A stretch of 64,000 nucleotides of DNA from an uncultured Gemmataceae bacterium (GCA_963750165.1 CAVVPN010000004.1:1024001-1088000), one strand, 5' to 3'; shown: positions 1 to 9,911, counted from the first letter of the stretch. Made by a program: numbers and translations. Notes: a model not told the origin generated them from the letters alone.

Positions 1-58
1 AGCGGCTGCGGAATGTGTGGATGCTGCACGGGTGAACCAACCGCGTTTCGGAGAGCGG

Positions 59-472
59 ATGAGCGGCATTGTGTTGCGACTTCCTGGTTACCTTTGGGCA
101 CTCCCCGTCACCCTCGTGGGATTGCTCTTCGTGCCAGTCGCCTGTCTGACCGGTGGCCGTTTTCGAATCGTGGCCGGGGTGATCGAAGTCCAGGGCGGCC
201 TGGTGGCGACCTTTCTGCGCGGCAGTTTTCTGGGTTTTCGCGGCGGGGCGGCCATGACGCTTGGGCACGTGATCCTGGGCCGCAATGTGCAGTGCCTGGA
301 GACGAGCCGAGCCCACGAGCGCGTTCACGTGCGGCAATTCGAGCGGTGGGGGCCACTGCTGCTGCCGCTGTATTTCCTTGCCGGCCGCCGCGCCCGGTGG
401 CGCGGCCTGGATCCGCATTTGGATAATCTGTTCGAGATCGAGGCGTATGAGCGGGGCCGGCATGGTGAATAA
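59..472 (+). CDS. Conserved hypothetical protein with HExxH-like motif (HERVH)
   Basis: ORF 17..472, likely ATG at 59; N-terminal hydrophobic stretch, AMTLGHVILG...HERVHVRQ...FEIEAY; overlaps next gene. Confidence 0.7.
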   Translation: MSGIVLRLPGYLWALPVTLVGLLFVPVACLTGGRFRIVAGVIEVQGGLVATFLRGSFLGFRGGAAMTLGHVILGRNVQCLETSRAHERVHVRQFERWGPLLLPLYFLAGRRARWRGLDPHLDNLFEIEAYERGRHGE

Positions 473-1244
473 CGCGAGCGCACTGAGCCCCCTCGACCGC
501 CTCAGCAGCGAACAACACTTCCACGACCGCCAGGCGTCTGAACGGGCTGCGGCCCTGGCGGCTCAGCCCGATGCCCTGCGCTTCACCGATCAAGCCTATC
601 TCGATCACGAAACGTGGATTCGCCCCGCGCTGGCGCGGTTGGGCAAGCTGCGTGGGCAGGCCGTCCTGGACTACGGCTGTGGCCACGGCATGGCGGCGGT
701 GGTGCTGGCGCGCGGCGGCGCCCGCGTCACGGCCTTCGACCTGTCGCGCGGCTACCTGGCCGAGGCGACGGCGCGGGCGGCGGCCAACGGTGTCCGCGTG
801 GACTTCGTGCAGGCGGACGGCGAACGGCTGCCGTTCGCGGACGCGGCCTTTGACGGCGTCTGGGGCAACGCGGTCCTGCACCACCTCGACCTGGCGAAAG
901 CGGGCCGCGAGTTGCGGCGCGTGCTGCGGCCCGGCGGCGTCGCGGTCTTCTGTGAGCCGTGGGGCGAAAACGTGCTGCTGAACCTCGCCCGCCGCTGGCT
1001 GCCCTACCCCGGCAAGCGGCGCACCCGTGACGAGCAACCGCTGCGCCGCCGGCAGCTGCGGCCGCTGTTCGACCTGTTCGGCCGCGTCGAGCTGCACGGC
1101 TACCAGCTGCTGGCGATGGTGCGGCGGGCGCTGCCGGGTCGGCGCCTGCCGGCGACGCTGGAGCGCTGCGACGCGGAACTGCTGCGGCGCGTGCCGGCGC
1201 TGGCCCGCTTCTGCCGCTACGCCGTCCTCACCCTGACCCGGTAA
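462..1244 (+). CDS. Class I SAM-dependent methyltransferase
   Basis: VLDYGCGHG SAM-binding motif, FVQADGERLPF, VLHH, LRPGG. Confidence 0.85.
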   Translation: MVNNASALSPLDRLSSEQHFHDRQASERAAALAAQPDALRFTDQAYLDHETWIRPALARLGKLRGQAVLDYGCGHGMAAVVLARGGARVTAFDLSRGYLAEATARAAANGVRVDFVQADGERLPFADAAFDGVWGNAVLHHLDLAKAGRELRRVLRPGGVAVFCEPWGENVLLNLARRWLPYPGKRRTRDEQPLRRRQLRPLFDLFGRVELHGYQLLAMVRRALPGRRLPATLERCDAELLRRVPALARFCRYAVLTLTR

Positions 1245-1453
1245 CCCGGTCACGCTTTCTCCTGACCTTCCCACTCAGTCCATTTTTTCCGTTCGCAGTA
1301 AGGAACCAGTGATCCGGGCCGATAAAACCCAGAGGCGGTACTGTGGGTGAGGTGAGCAGCTCAGCTCATGGGTGCGTTCGATCAGGTATCGGGTGTTTAC
1401 CGCCCTGGTCTACCTGCGCGGCCGCTGTCCGGAGGGCGTCCTCGACATGACGC

Positions 1454-1637
1454 TCGAGCGGTTCACGCACGGTTTGCACACGAGTGGGCGGCGGGCACGG
1501 CTTGACCACCAGCGGCCTGCATTGCCACAGCAAGGGGGCCAAGGAGGCCAAGGGGGCCAACTTTTTCACACGTCGAGAATCGCCGCCTGGCAGCGCCGGC
1601 CTGCCGTTCGTGGTCCACACAACTGGGAACCACTCTG
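1454..1637. mobile_element. MITE-like element copy A1 (9-mer repeat cargo)
   Basis: Left end TCGAGCGGTTCACGCACGGTTTGCACAC and right end CGTGGTCCACACAACTGGGAACCACTCTGG match the two ends of the element at 7191. Confidence 0.55.
1524..1579. repeat. Dispersed 9-mer tandem repeat module (CAAGGGGGC)x3 + CTTTTTCACACGTCGAGA
   Basis: Near-identical reverse-complement copies at 47218 and 54440. Confidence 0.85.
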
Positions 1638-1760
1638 GAGCGGTTCGCAAGCGCGTGGACCACAAACCGTGGCACGGCTCTCCAGAGCCGTGGTGGAAAC
1701 CGCACGGCTCTGGAGAGCCGTGCCACGTCGTGTGCGCCTGCCCTTCGTGAACCGCGCTAA
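1635..1760. mobile_element. MITE-like element copy A2 (REP double-hairpin cargo), inverted relative to A1
   Basis: CTGGAGCGGTTCGC...CACGGCTCTCCAGAGCCGTG...CACGGCTCTGGAGAGCCGTG...GTGAACCGCGCTAA; colinear with reverse complement of 7191..7318. Confidence 0.7.
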
Positions 1761-2159
1761 ACGGCGGCTTTGGCACCCGCCACGCGGCGCTGCTCTGGGA
1801 CCTGGACGGCGACAACGCTGCGGAGGTGCTGGAGTTGGTGGCCGTGGGCCGTGAGTCGTGGGGCCTGCTGTTCTGGGTGCCGCTCATGGCCGGCGCGGAC
1901 GCCGATGCCGTCGTCGCCTGGGAACGAGGACTGGAGGGCTGGGAAATGACTGAATCACAAGTCGTCAACCGTTGGATCGGCGAGACCGAAGTCAAGGCGA
2001 CACTGGCGGCTTTCCGCCTCGCCCTGATTCGTATCCTTTGCAGCCGGTTTGGAGAGCCAATCCCGGATGAAGTATTGGAGACAATCAATACCCAGCCGAG
2101 CGCGACGTTGCTCGTAGACTGGATTGATGCGGCGTCGTTGGCCACCACCCTGCAAGACT

Positions 2160-5069
2160 TCATCGCGGTTCTGCGCCGCTGACCCAATCCCGGGCCAGCA
2201 GCTGCCGCAGCATGAACGGCAGAATGCCGCCGTGCCGGTAGTACTCCACCTCAATCGGCGTGTCCACGCGCAGCGTCACGCGCGTCTGGTCCTCGCGGCC
2301 GTCGGCCCGATGGATCACCAGCGTCACCGCCTGCCGCGGCGACAGCTCGCCCTCCAGCCCGAGCAGGTCGAACGTCTCGGTGCCGTCCAGCTTCAACGTC
2401 CCGGCGTTCTCGCCGTCCTGGAACTGGCACGGCAGCACGCCCATCTGCACCAGGTTGCTGCGGTGGATGCGCTCGAAGCTCTGCGCCACCACGACAAGCA
2501 CGCCCAGCAGCCGCGTCCCCTTCGCCGCCCAGTCGCGCGAACTGCCGGTGCCGTACTCCTGGCCCGCGAACACGATCAACGGAATGCCCGCCGCCTGATA
2601 CTTGATCGAGGCATCGTAAATGCTCAGCCGCTCGCCGCCCGGGTGGACCAACGTCTCGCCCCCCTCGACGCCCGGCACCATGCGGTTGCGGATGCGCACG
2701 TTTGCAAACGTGCCGCGCACCATCACACGGTCGTTGCCGCGCCGCGCTCCGTAGGTGTTGAAGTCCTCCACCGGCACGCCCTGCGCCAGCAGGTACACGC
2801 CCGCCGGCGACTTCGGGCTGATCGTGCCCGCCGGGCTGATGTGGTCCGTCGTGATCGAGTCGCCGAAGATCGCCAGCGGTCGAGCGTTCTTGACCGGCCG
2901 CAGCGACTCCGGCTCCAGGCCGAACTTGTTGAAGTACGGCGGCTCCTGGATGTACGTCGAGGCCGGGTCCCACTCGTACACCTTGCCGGTCACCGCCGGG
3001 ATCTCGTCCCAGAGCGGATTCAGCCCCGTGAAGTTGCCGTACATCAGCCGGTACGCCTCCGGGTCCGCTGCCGCCTCCAGCGCCCGGCCCACCTCCTCGG
3101 TGCTCGGCCAGATGTCGCGCAGATACACCTGCTGGCCGTCCTTGCCCATGCCGAGCGGCTCGTTGGCCAGGTCGATGTCCACGCGGCCGGCCAGCGCGAA
3201 CGCCACCACCAGCGGCGGACTCATCAGGAAGTTCGCCTTCACGCTCTGGTGGACGCGCGCCTCGAAGTTGCGGTTGCCGCTCAGCACGCTCGCCACCACC
3301 AGGTCGTTCTTGCCAATCGCCTTTTCCAAATTGGGGTCCAGCGGCCCCGAATTTCCGATGCAACTGGTACACCCGTAGCCCACCGTCCGGAAGCCCAGCG
3401 CGTCCAGGTACGGTTGCAGACCAGTGCGGTCCAGGTATTGCGTCACCACGCGCGAGCCCGGCGCCAGCGACGCCTTGACCGCCGTCGGCACCGTCAGGCC
3501 GCGCTCCACCGCCTTCCGCGCCAGCAGCCCCGCGGCCAGCATCACGCCCGGGTTACTGGTGTTCGTGCAGCTGGTGATGGCGGCGATCACCACGTCGCCG
3601 TTGTGCAGCTCCACCCGGTCGCGCGGGAACTCCTCGGGCAGCACCTCCTCGATGCGGTCCGGTGTCGGCCGGTCCTGCATCATCTCGATTTCCGTCTCGG
3701 GGTTGGTGTTCTTTTCGCTGGTTTGCGGCGCCGGCGCCCTGGGCATCGTCGCCGGATCCTGCAGGCCGCCGCCAGGCAGTGGCGCCCCGTTGTTGGCCTT
3801 GACGCCCGTCTTGACCGGCACACGCTTGTGGACCTCCGCCGCGGTCTTGCCGTAGCCGCCCGCCTCCGGGGCCTTGAACAGCAGTTCGTGGAAGCGGGCG
3901 CCGACCTGCGGCAGATCAATGCGGTCCTGGGGCCGCTTCGGCCCCGCGACGCTCGGCACCACCTCCGCCAGGTCCAGTTCCAGCACGCGTGTGTAGTCGA
4001 TGTCGCCGCCGCGCGGCATGCCGAACATGCCCTGGACCTCGTAATAACGGCGGAAGTTGCCGATGTGCTCCGGTCCACGGCCGGTGGCGGCAAGGTAGCG
4101 GCAAGTCTGCTCGTCGGGCGGGAAGAAACCCATCGTGGCGCCGTACTCGGGAGCCATGTTGGCGAGGGTAGCGCGATCCGGCACCGTCAGCGACGCCGCG
4201 CCTTCGCCGTGGAACTCGACGAACTTGCCGACCACGCCCGCCCGCCGCAGCACCTGTGTGACGTACAGCACCAGGTCCGTCGCGGTCACGCCGGGGTTCA
4301 ACCGGCCGCACAGGTGGACGCCGAGCACGTCCGGCGTCAGGAAGTACACCGGTTGGCCAAGCATGCCCGCCTCGGCCTCAATGCCGCCCACGCCCCAGCC
4401 GACCACGCCCAGGCCGTTAATCATGGTCGTGTGCGAGTCGGTGCCGACCAGCGTGTCCGGGTAGAGCAGACCGCCTTCGTGGACCACGCCGTTGGCCAGG
4501 TACTCCAGATTGACCTGGTGGCAGATGCCGACGCCCGGCGGCACCACGTTGAAGCCGTTGAACGCCTGCGTGCCCCATTTCAGGAACTGGTAGCGCGAGC
4601 GGTTGCGCTTGACCTCCATCTCCATGTTGCGGCGCAGGGCGTCGGCGGTATTCGCGAAGTCCACCTGCACAGAGTGATCGACGACCAGATGCACCGGCAC
4701 CAGCGGCTCGATCAGTTCCGGGTCGCGGCCGAGACGCACCACGGCGGAGCGCATGGCCGCCAGGTCCACGAGCAATGGCACGCCGGTGAAGTCCTGCAGC
4801 AACACCCGGGCCACGACGAACGGGATTTCGTCGGTGCGCTCGGCCCGCGGCTGCCAGGCGGCCAGGCGGCGCACCGCCTGCTCGTCCACGCGGTTGCCGT
4901 CGCAGTTGCGCAGCACCGACTCCAGGACGACGCGCAGGCACACCGGCAACCGCGACACTGCCCCCAGCCCCGCCTTCTCCAGCCGCGGCAGCGAATAATA
5001 CTGGGCGCTGCCACCGTTCTTCAGTGGGATGGATTGCAGGGCGTCGAAGCGGTTGTGTTGCTCGCTCAT
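2160..5069 (-). CDS. acnA: Aconitate hydratase A
   Basis: [64 protein letters not shown]. Confidence 0.97.
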   Translation of the reverse strand: MSEQHNRFDALQSIPLKNGGSAQYYSLPRLEKAGLGAVSRLPVCLRVVLESVLRNCDGNRVDEQAVRRLAAWQPRAERTDEIPFVVARVLLQDFTGVPLLVDLAAMRSAVVRLGRDPELIEPLVPVHLVVDHSVQVDFANTADALRRNMEMEVKRNRSRYQFLKWGTQAFNGFNVVPPGVGICHQVNLEYLANGVVHEGGLLYPDTLVGTDSHTTMINGLGVVGWGVGGIEAEAGMLGQPVYFLTPDVLGVHLCGRLNPGVTATDLVLYVTQVLRRAGVVGKFVEFHGEGAASLTVPDRATLANMAPEYGATMGFFPPDEQTCRYLAATGRGPEHIGNFRRYYEVQGMFGMPRGGDIDYTRVLELDLAEVVPSVAGPKRPQDRIDLPQVGARFHELLFKAPEAGGYGKTAAEVHKRVPVKTGVKANNGAPLPGGGLQDPATMPRAPAPQTSEKNTNPETEIEMMQDRPTPDRIEEVLPEEFPRDRVELHNGDVVIAAITSCTNTSNPGVMLAAGLLARKAVERGLTVPTAVKASLAPGSRVVTQYLDRTGLQPYLDALGFRTVGYGCTSCIGNSGPLDPNLEKAIGKNDLVVASVLSGNRNFEARVHQSVKANFLMSPPLVVAFALAGRVDIDLANEPLGMGKDGQQVYLRDIWPSTEEVGRALEAAADPEAYRLMYGNFTGLNPLWDEIPAVTGKVYEWDPASTYIQEPPYFNKFGLEPESLRPVKNARPLAIFGDSITTDHISPAGTISPKSPAGVYLLAQGVPVEDFNTYGARRGNDRVMVRGTFANVRIRNRMVPGVEGGETLVHPGGERLSIYDASIKYQAAGIPLIVFAGQEYGTGSSRDWAAKGTRLLGVLVVVAQSFERIHRSNLVQMGVLPCQFQDGENAGTLKLDGTETFDLLGLEGELSPRQAVTLVIHRADGREDQTRVTLRVDTPIEVEYYRHGGILPFMLRQLLARDWVSGAEPR

Positions 5070-5229
5070 GGGTCACCTCCGGGGGGTCGGTCGGGCGGGG
5101 AAGGCGCGTGTCGCTACAGTGCGTTATATACCCGGGGGAAGGGGGCGGCAGCGAAGCAGGGCCCGCTGAAAGATGTGCAGGAGATCGGCGTCCCGAGCTT
5201 CTGCCGCAAGCGCTGGAGAAAAAGAAGGA

Positions 5230-7125
5230 TCAGGGCTCCTCGACAAAACTGACCCCCCAATCGACGACCCGCTGCAGCACAACCCAGCGCTGATCGACCC
5301 GCAGCAGCAGATAATAAAGACGACAACCCCGAAAGTCGGTGAACCCGCCGGCGTGGCCTCCGGCGTTGAACAGATAAAACTGGACGTTGGCAATCTCGAA
5401 CGGCCAAAAATCGCCGAACGCAACCCGTTCCAGGCTGATGCCCAGCATCGGCTTCTTCAACAGGCCAAATTTTTCATTGTGGACCGGCCGCTGCTGATGC
5501 CCCGGCACTGCGGCGTGAAACCATCGCGGCCAGGCCATCGCCCAGTTCTCATTCGCCAGGGCGAATTTGCCGGACGCAGGAGTCCCATAAACCGCACGTG
5601 CCGTCTTGAGTTTCGGGTTTGTCAATGCGTCGGTCAGGGCGGTTTGCAGCAGTTGCTCCACGCCCGCGACCCGGGGCGGGTAGGCGGGCGGCCGCTCGTC
5701 CGGATCCTTCGCGGCGCCCTTTTCCCGCGCCGGCTCCACCGCTTTCACCTTGCCCTTCGGCACCGGCTGCGGTCCGGCTTTGCGAATCTGCTCCTCTTCC
5801 TCTTCAATGTAAATCCTGGGCTCGGCCACCATCAGCCACACCCGATCCTTCGCCGCGGGCTGGTAGTCCACCGGCATCAGGATCGTCGTGCCGTCGTCAA
5901 TCTCCACGAAGCCCGTCCGCACGGCGGTGCGCACCGCCGGCACTTCGCGTTCCTGGACCTGGCCCGTCTTCAGATTCAGCATTTTCGCCTTCGTGATGCC
6001 CGCCAGCTGGGCCACGTCCTGGATGAGATGCAAACGGATGGCCCGGCGGTCGGGGCTGACTTCCACCCGGGCACGGAACGCCACGCCGGACAGGCCGGTG
6101 TCGTATTCGTTCACCACCGGATTGATCTTGTCCGGTTTACCGAAGCGCGTCACGTAGCGGTAGGGGAACTGTACAGAGAGGAACGCGGTCGCCTTACCCG
6201 GCTTGATTTTCACGTCGCTGCCGTGCTCGAACGGCTTCAGCTTCTCCAGCTGCTGCCACAGCGCGACGGTGACCGGCACCGCCCAGTTTTGCTTGCCGTT
6301 CACCGCTTTCGGCAGCAGCGGGGCCACGTGCTTGCCGTAGAAGGCGCGATCGACCTCGTAGAGCCGGGCGTTCATGACGACGGCCAGGTCGCCCAGTCGC
6401 CGCAGGGCCGCGAGCAAGTTCGCGATGAGTTCGTGCCGGTCGCGGTTGGTTTCGACCACCAGTTTCGTGCCGTTCACCACGCGAATGGTGGCGGCATTTT
6501 TTATGCCCTGCGGCCAGGGCCCCGGGGCCAGTTCCTGGTAGATCAACTGCACCAGCAGGGTCGCGGCGTCGGGCGCGGTGTTCGGCTTCGGAGCGGCCTT
6601 GTCGATAACGCCAAGGAAGCGCAGCGGGTTTGTACTGGGGTAGCGCTTCAACAGCTGCACCACGTCGCCCACGTCGTAGGTCCGCGTGGAGACGGTGTGC
6701 TGCATGGTGGTGATGAGCACGTGCGTCGGCAGGACAAGGTAATCCGGCCGGTCACCCACCTCCAAAACGATTCTGAAAAGGGCCATGCGAATCAGCGTGT
6801 TCAGGCTCACTCTCCTCGGAAAGGGCGGCAGTTTGACCTGCGTCGCCTTGACCGCGGCCAGTTCCTTGCCGAACGCCTTTTCATCGAAGCGGAAGGACAC
6901 CTTCCTGTCCCTGGGCAGCTGCTTCTCCACCGCCGCCAGGAGTTCCGCCAGCGACATCGGTTTTTGCAGCTTCTCGGTTTCGATCGATTGTTCGAGCAGG
7001 TTTTGCAAGCGCGCAATCTGCTCTGCGGCTTTCTTGTCTTTGGCGTCCGGGGCCTGGGCCAGGCCGGCGGCGCCGCCGAGCAACAGCAGCACGGCCGCAA
7101 GACGAAACGAGGTCGCGGCGGACAT
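5230..7125 (-). CDS. Exported hypothetical protein (planctomycete secretin-N-like/STN-like architecture)
   Basis: Signal peptide after RBS GAAAGGGG; TRTYDVGDVV and EVSPDRRAIRLHL segments typical of these proteins. Confidence 0.6.
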   Translation of the reverse strand: MSAATSFRLAAVLLLLGGAAGLAQAPDAKDKKAAEQIARLQNLLEQSIETEKLQKPMSLAELLAAVEKQLPRDRKVSFRFDEKAFGKELAAVKATQVKLPPFPRRVSLNTLIRMALFRIVLEVGDRPDYLVLPTHVLITTMQHTVSTRTYDVGDVVQLLKRYPSTNPLRFLGVIDKAAPKPNTAPDAATLLVQLIYQELAPGPWPQGIKNAATIRVVNGTKLVVETNRDRHELIANLLAALRRLGDLAVVMNARLYEVDRAFYGKHVAPLLPKAVNGKQNWAVPVTVALWQQLEKLKPFEHGSDVKIKPGKATAFLSVQFPYRYVTRFGKPDKINPVVNEYDTGLSGVAFRARVEVSPDRRAIRLHLIQDVAQLAGITKAKMLNLKTGQVQEREVPAVRTAVRTGFVEIDDGTTILMPVDYQPAAKDRVWLMVAEPRIYIEEEEEQIRKAGPQPVPKGKVKAVEPAREKGAAKDPDERPPAYPPRVAGVEQLLQTALTDALTNPKLKTARAVYGTPASGKFALANENWAMAWPRWFHAAVPGHQQRPVHNEKFGLLKKPMLGISLERVAFGDFWPFEIANVQFYLFNAGGHAGGFTDFRGCRLYYLLLRVDQRWVVLQRVVDWGVSFVEEP

Positions 7126-7190
7126 GACTTCCCCTTTCTCGAAAGGCACTGACCCACCCACGGTGTAGAACGACCGATCAGGGCCGTCGT

Positions 7191-7318
7191 TTAGCGCGGT
7201 TCACACTTGGTTTGCGCACAGCCTGTGGGACGGCTCTCCAGAGCCGTCCTTGTCTCGGAGACGGCTCTGGAGAGCCGTCTTACGGGGCGTGATCCACGCG
7301 GCTGTGAACTGCTCCAGA
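7191..7318. mobile_element. MITE-like element copy B with REP double-hairpin cargo
   Basis: TTAGCGCGGTTCAC...GACGGCTCTCCAGAGCCGTC...GACGGCTCTGGAGAGCCGTC...GTGAACTGCTCCAG; imperfect terminal inverted repeats. Confidence 0.7.
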
Positions 7319-7366
7319 CCGAGTTGCAATCGGTTGTAGCAGTTTGGATGTATTGCCCCCGTGACT

Positions 7367-7489
7367 TTACGCCGAAGGCGTTGCATCGAAGTGATGCAAC
7401 GCCTTCGGCGTAGGTCCAATTGAGATGACACGTTGACCCGGGGTGCGCTGCGCGACCCCAGGCTTTGCGATGCAACGCCTTCGGCGTAA
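7367..7489. repeat. REP-like cluster TACGCCGAAGGCGTTGCATC (one forward, two reverse copies)
   Basis: Palindromic units at 7368, 7393-7412 and 7469-7488 with internal hairpin GGGGTGCGCTGCGCGACCCC. Confidence 0.75.
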
Positions 7490-7491
7490 GG

Positions 7492-8526
7492 CTAAAACCC
7501 CTTGCCCTTCGTCGTCGTGCGAATGCGGGTCAGCCAGTGGTTGGCGGTCACGTACAGCGTGCTGCCGTCGTCCCCAAACGCGCAGTTGGCGGTCGGCACA
7601 CCGGTGTTGATGGCGCCCAGCAACTTGCCCTCCGGCGAGAACACCAGCACGCCGCCCGGCCCCGTCGCCCACAGGTTACCGTCCTTATCGACCTTCATGC
7701 CGTCCGGCAGGCCCGCCTTGCCTTTCTTGCCGACCCACTTGGTCGCGTCAAAAAAGATACGGCCGGGGGTGGTGATCTCGCCCGGGGCCTTCACGACGAA
7801 CGCCTTCCAGTACGCCCGGATGGGGTCGCTGTTGGCGACATACAGCGTCTTGCCGTCCGGCGACAGCGTGATGCCGTTCGGCCGCGACATCTCCTTGGTC
7901 AGCAGCTTCAGCTTGCCGTCCTTCGACAGGAAGTAGACACCGCAGAAGTCCAGCTCGCGGGCCGGGTCGTCCCAGTTCTTTTCCAGACCGTAGGGGGGGT
8001 CCGTGAAGTACAGGTTGCCTTCCTTGTCGAACACCAGGTCGTTCGGGCTGTTGAAGCGCTTGCCCTCATACCTGTCCGCCAGGGTGGTCTTCTTGCCGTT
8101 CTTCTCGATGCGCGTGACGCGGCGGTCGCCGTGCTCGCACAGGCACAGCCGGCCCTCCGGGTCGAGCATCAGGCCGTTCGAGCCGGGTTCGCCGCCGCGC
8201 TCCTTCTTGCCGGTGTAGCCGGACGGCTTCAGGAACGTGGTCACGCCCTTGCCCGCTTGCCACTTGTTGACGACGTTGTTCGGGATGTCCGAGAACAGCA
8301 CGTACTTGCCGGCCGGCACATAGCACGGGCCCTCGGTCCACTTGAAACCCTCGGCCAGCTTCTCCAGTTTGGCGTTTTTGGGGACGAGCTTGTCGAAGGC
8401 AGGGTCGAGGCGCTCGATGGTGCCGACCGTTTCGGGGGGTTGTTTGTCCTGGCTGACGCCGGCGGCGCCCAGGGCCAGCAGCAGCCCGGCGGCCAGCGTG
8501 CCTTGCAGCAGTTGACGCGGTTTCAT
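7492..8526 (-). CDS. SMP-30/gluconolactonase/LRE family protein, exported
   Basis: Signal peptide; WTEGP, FSDIP, GSNGL, FNSPNDL, FTDPPYG, RPNGI, PDGMKVD. Confidence 0.93.
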   Translation of the reverse strand: MKPRQLLQGTLAAGLLLALGAAGVSQDKQPPETVGTIERLDPAFDKLVPKNAKLEKLAEGFKWTEGPCYVPAGKYVLFSDIPNNVVNKWQAGKGVTTFLKPSGYTGKKERGGEPGSNGLMLDPEGRLCLCEHGDRRVTRIEKNGKKTTLADRYEGKRFNSPNDLVFDKEGNLYFTDPPYGLEKNWDDPARELDFCGVYFLSKDGKLKLLTKEMSRPNGITLSPDGKTLYVANSDPIRAYWKAFVVKAPGEITTPGRIFFDATKWVGKKGKAGLPDGMKVDKDGNLWATGPGGVLVFSPEGKLLGAINTGVPTANCAFGDDGSTLYVTANHWLTRIRTTTKGKGF

Positions 8527-8608
8527 GGGGAGATTCGCCACGGTTTGAGGAGAGTACGCCGGGGCCGTCCCGGCATCGTGAGCGAATCGTACCACCGTGG
8601 CGCGGCGG

Positions 8609-8887
8609 TCACAACCAATTTCCGCCGCCCGGACACGGCGGTCGGCGGCGTCGCTTCGGCGGCCGTTCCGGGGCGAACGTGAAGTCCCGCGCCGGCCGCA
8701 GCAGGCGATACTGCGCCTGTTCGAGCTGGAGTAATTCCGTCGGGGTCGCGCGGACAATCTCGTACATCACGGCCTCGACAGCCTCCATGAGGAAGCCCTC
8801 GTCGCCGTCATAGGCGAGGAGCCGCCGCTTGCGCGGGTGCATCCGGGCTCGCAGCAGCAAACCGTCGAGCGTGCAGCGCAAGATCAC
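8609..8887 (-). CDS. Small hypothetical protein
   Basis: GTG start preceded by GGAGG; protein-like composition. Confidence 0.6.
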   Translation of the reverse strand: MILRCTLDGLLLRARMHPRKRRLLAYDGDEGFLMEAVEAVMYEIVRATPTELLQLEQAQYRLLRPARDFTFAPERPPKRRRRPPCPGGGNWL

Positions 8888-9092
8888 GAATCCAACCTCC
8901 AGGAAGTGATGAGGAACTCCCCTTCCTTTTTCTCCAAACTAGCAGGCACTTACCGGAAAAGCCAGCCCGGTAGCCGCGGTGGCTGCCGGCGGGCCTTTTT
9001 CGTCGGTGCGGGACCGGACTGGTGCCGCCTCATACAATTTGAGAAAATGAGGCGGCGCCCTGACCCGATCAATCCCGAACAACGGTCCAGCC

Positions 9093-9911
9093 ATGATCTG
9101 GTTCGCCTGCAACAAATGCGGCAAACGCCACAGCCGGCCGGAGTCCTCCGCGGGTACCTTCGTGTTTTGCGACTGCGGCCAGGGCAATCCCGTGCCGTGG
9201 GAGAGCACCGTGGAGGCTGCGGAGGTCGCGCCGGCGGCGCCGGCCATCGTGCTGCCCGCCGAGCCCGTCGATGTCCCCGAGTTGATGCCGCCACCGCTGC
9301 CGCCGTTGCCGCGCTTCGACGCCGTGCCCGTCGGCGAGGAGCGCGTGCCGCCGCGCCCCGGCCCGACCCCGGTCGCCTTCAACGATGACAAAAAACCCGA
9401 GCGTCCCGCCGTCGATTTCGACCGCGACCGTGTGGAGCGCGGGCCGCGCCGCCGGCCCGGCACGCGCCGCCGTGACCCGCGCTTCTGCCTCAACCACGAG
9501 GACCGGCCCACGGAGCAGCCCTGCGCCGACTGCGGCGACGGCTTCTGCGCTGACTGCCTGGTGACGCTCAACAGCAAGCAGGTCTGCGGCCCGTGCAAGA
9601 ATTTCCGCGTCCGCAAGATTCACGGGCCGCAGCGGGTGTCGCTGTACGCGGTCATTGGCGTCATCCTGGCGCCGCTGGCCGGGCCACTGGCGTTCTGTCT
9701 GCTGCCGGTCAGCGAGTCGGCCGGCAGTCCGCTGATCGCCATCCTGGCGCTGCTGCCGCAGCTGGTCGCCGTGGTGCTCGGCGGCCTGGCCCTCCGCGAG
9801 ATCGAAACCGACCCGCGCATCACCGGCCGCGGTCTGGCGCTGACCACGCTGGTGACCGCCAGCTTCATCCTGTTCCTGACCCTGTTCCTGACCCTCTTCG
9901 GGTCGCGCTGA
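9093..9911 (+). CDS. Zn-ribbon / B-box-like zinc-finger membrane protein (DUF4190-like C-terminus)
   Basis: CNKCG...CDCG, Pro-rich linker, CLNH...CADC...CADC...CGPC, three C-terminal TM helices with GRGLA. Confidence 0.75.
   Translation: MIWFACNKCGKRHSRPESSAGTFVFCDCGQGNPVPWESTVEAAEVAPAAPAIVLPAEPVDVPELMPPPLPPLPRFDAVPVGEERVPPRPGPTPVAFNDDKKPERPAVDFDRDRVERGPRRRPGTRRRDPRFCLNHEDRPTEQPCADCGDGFCADCLVTLNSKQVCGPCKNFRVRKIHGPQRVSLYAVIGVILAPLAGPLAFCLLPVSESAGSPLIAILALLPQLVAVVLGGLALREIETDPRITGRGLALTTLVTASFILFLTLFLTLFGSR

Larger units (their letters stand above)
1372..2182 (+). pseudogene. 5'-truncated hypothetical gene (Rpn/DUF4351-like C-terminus) interrupted by a 304-bp repeat insertion
   Basis: Removing 1456..1759 joins ...VLDMTL to NGGFGTRHAALLWDL...WGLLFWVPLMAG...MTESQVVNRW...SRFGEPIPDEV...LVDWIDAA in one frame. 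Confidence 0.65.

Noticed and set aside
3630..3840. Low-complexity insertion in AcnA
   Set aside because: Lies in the variable linker before AAITSC, where long insertions are common; no DNA repeat.
2124..5252. 1042-aa plus-strand ORF and similar long antisense ORFs (5173..7152, 7465..8682, 27993..29387, 37744..39072)
   Set aside because: Shadow frames of real high-GC genes; no motifs.
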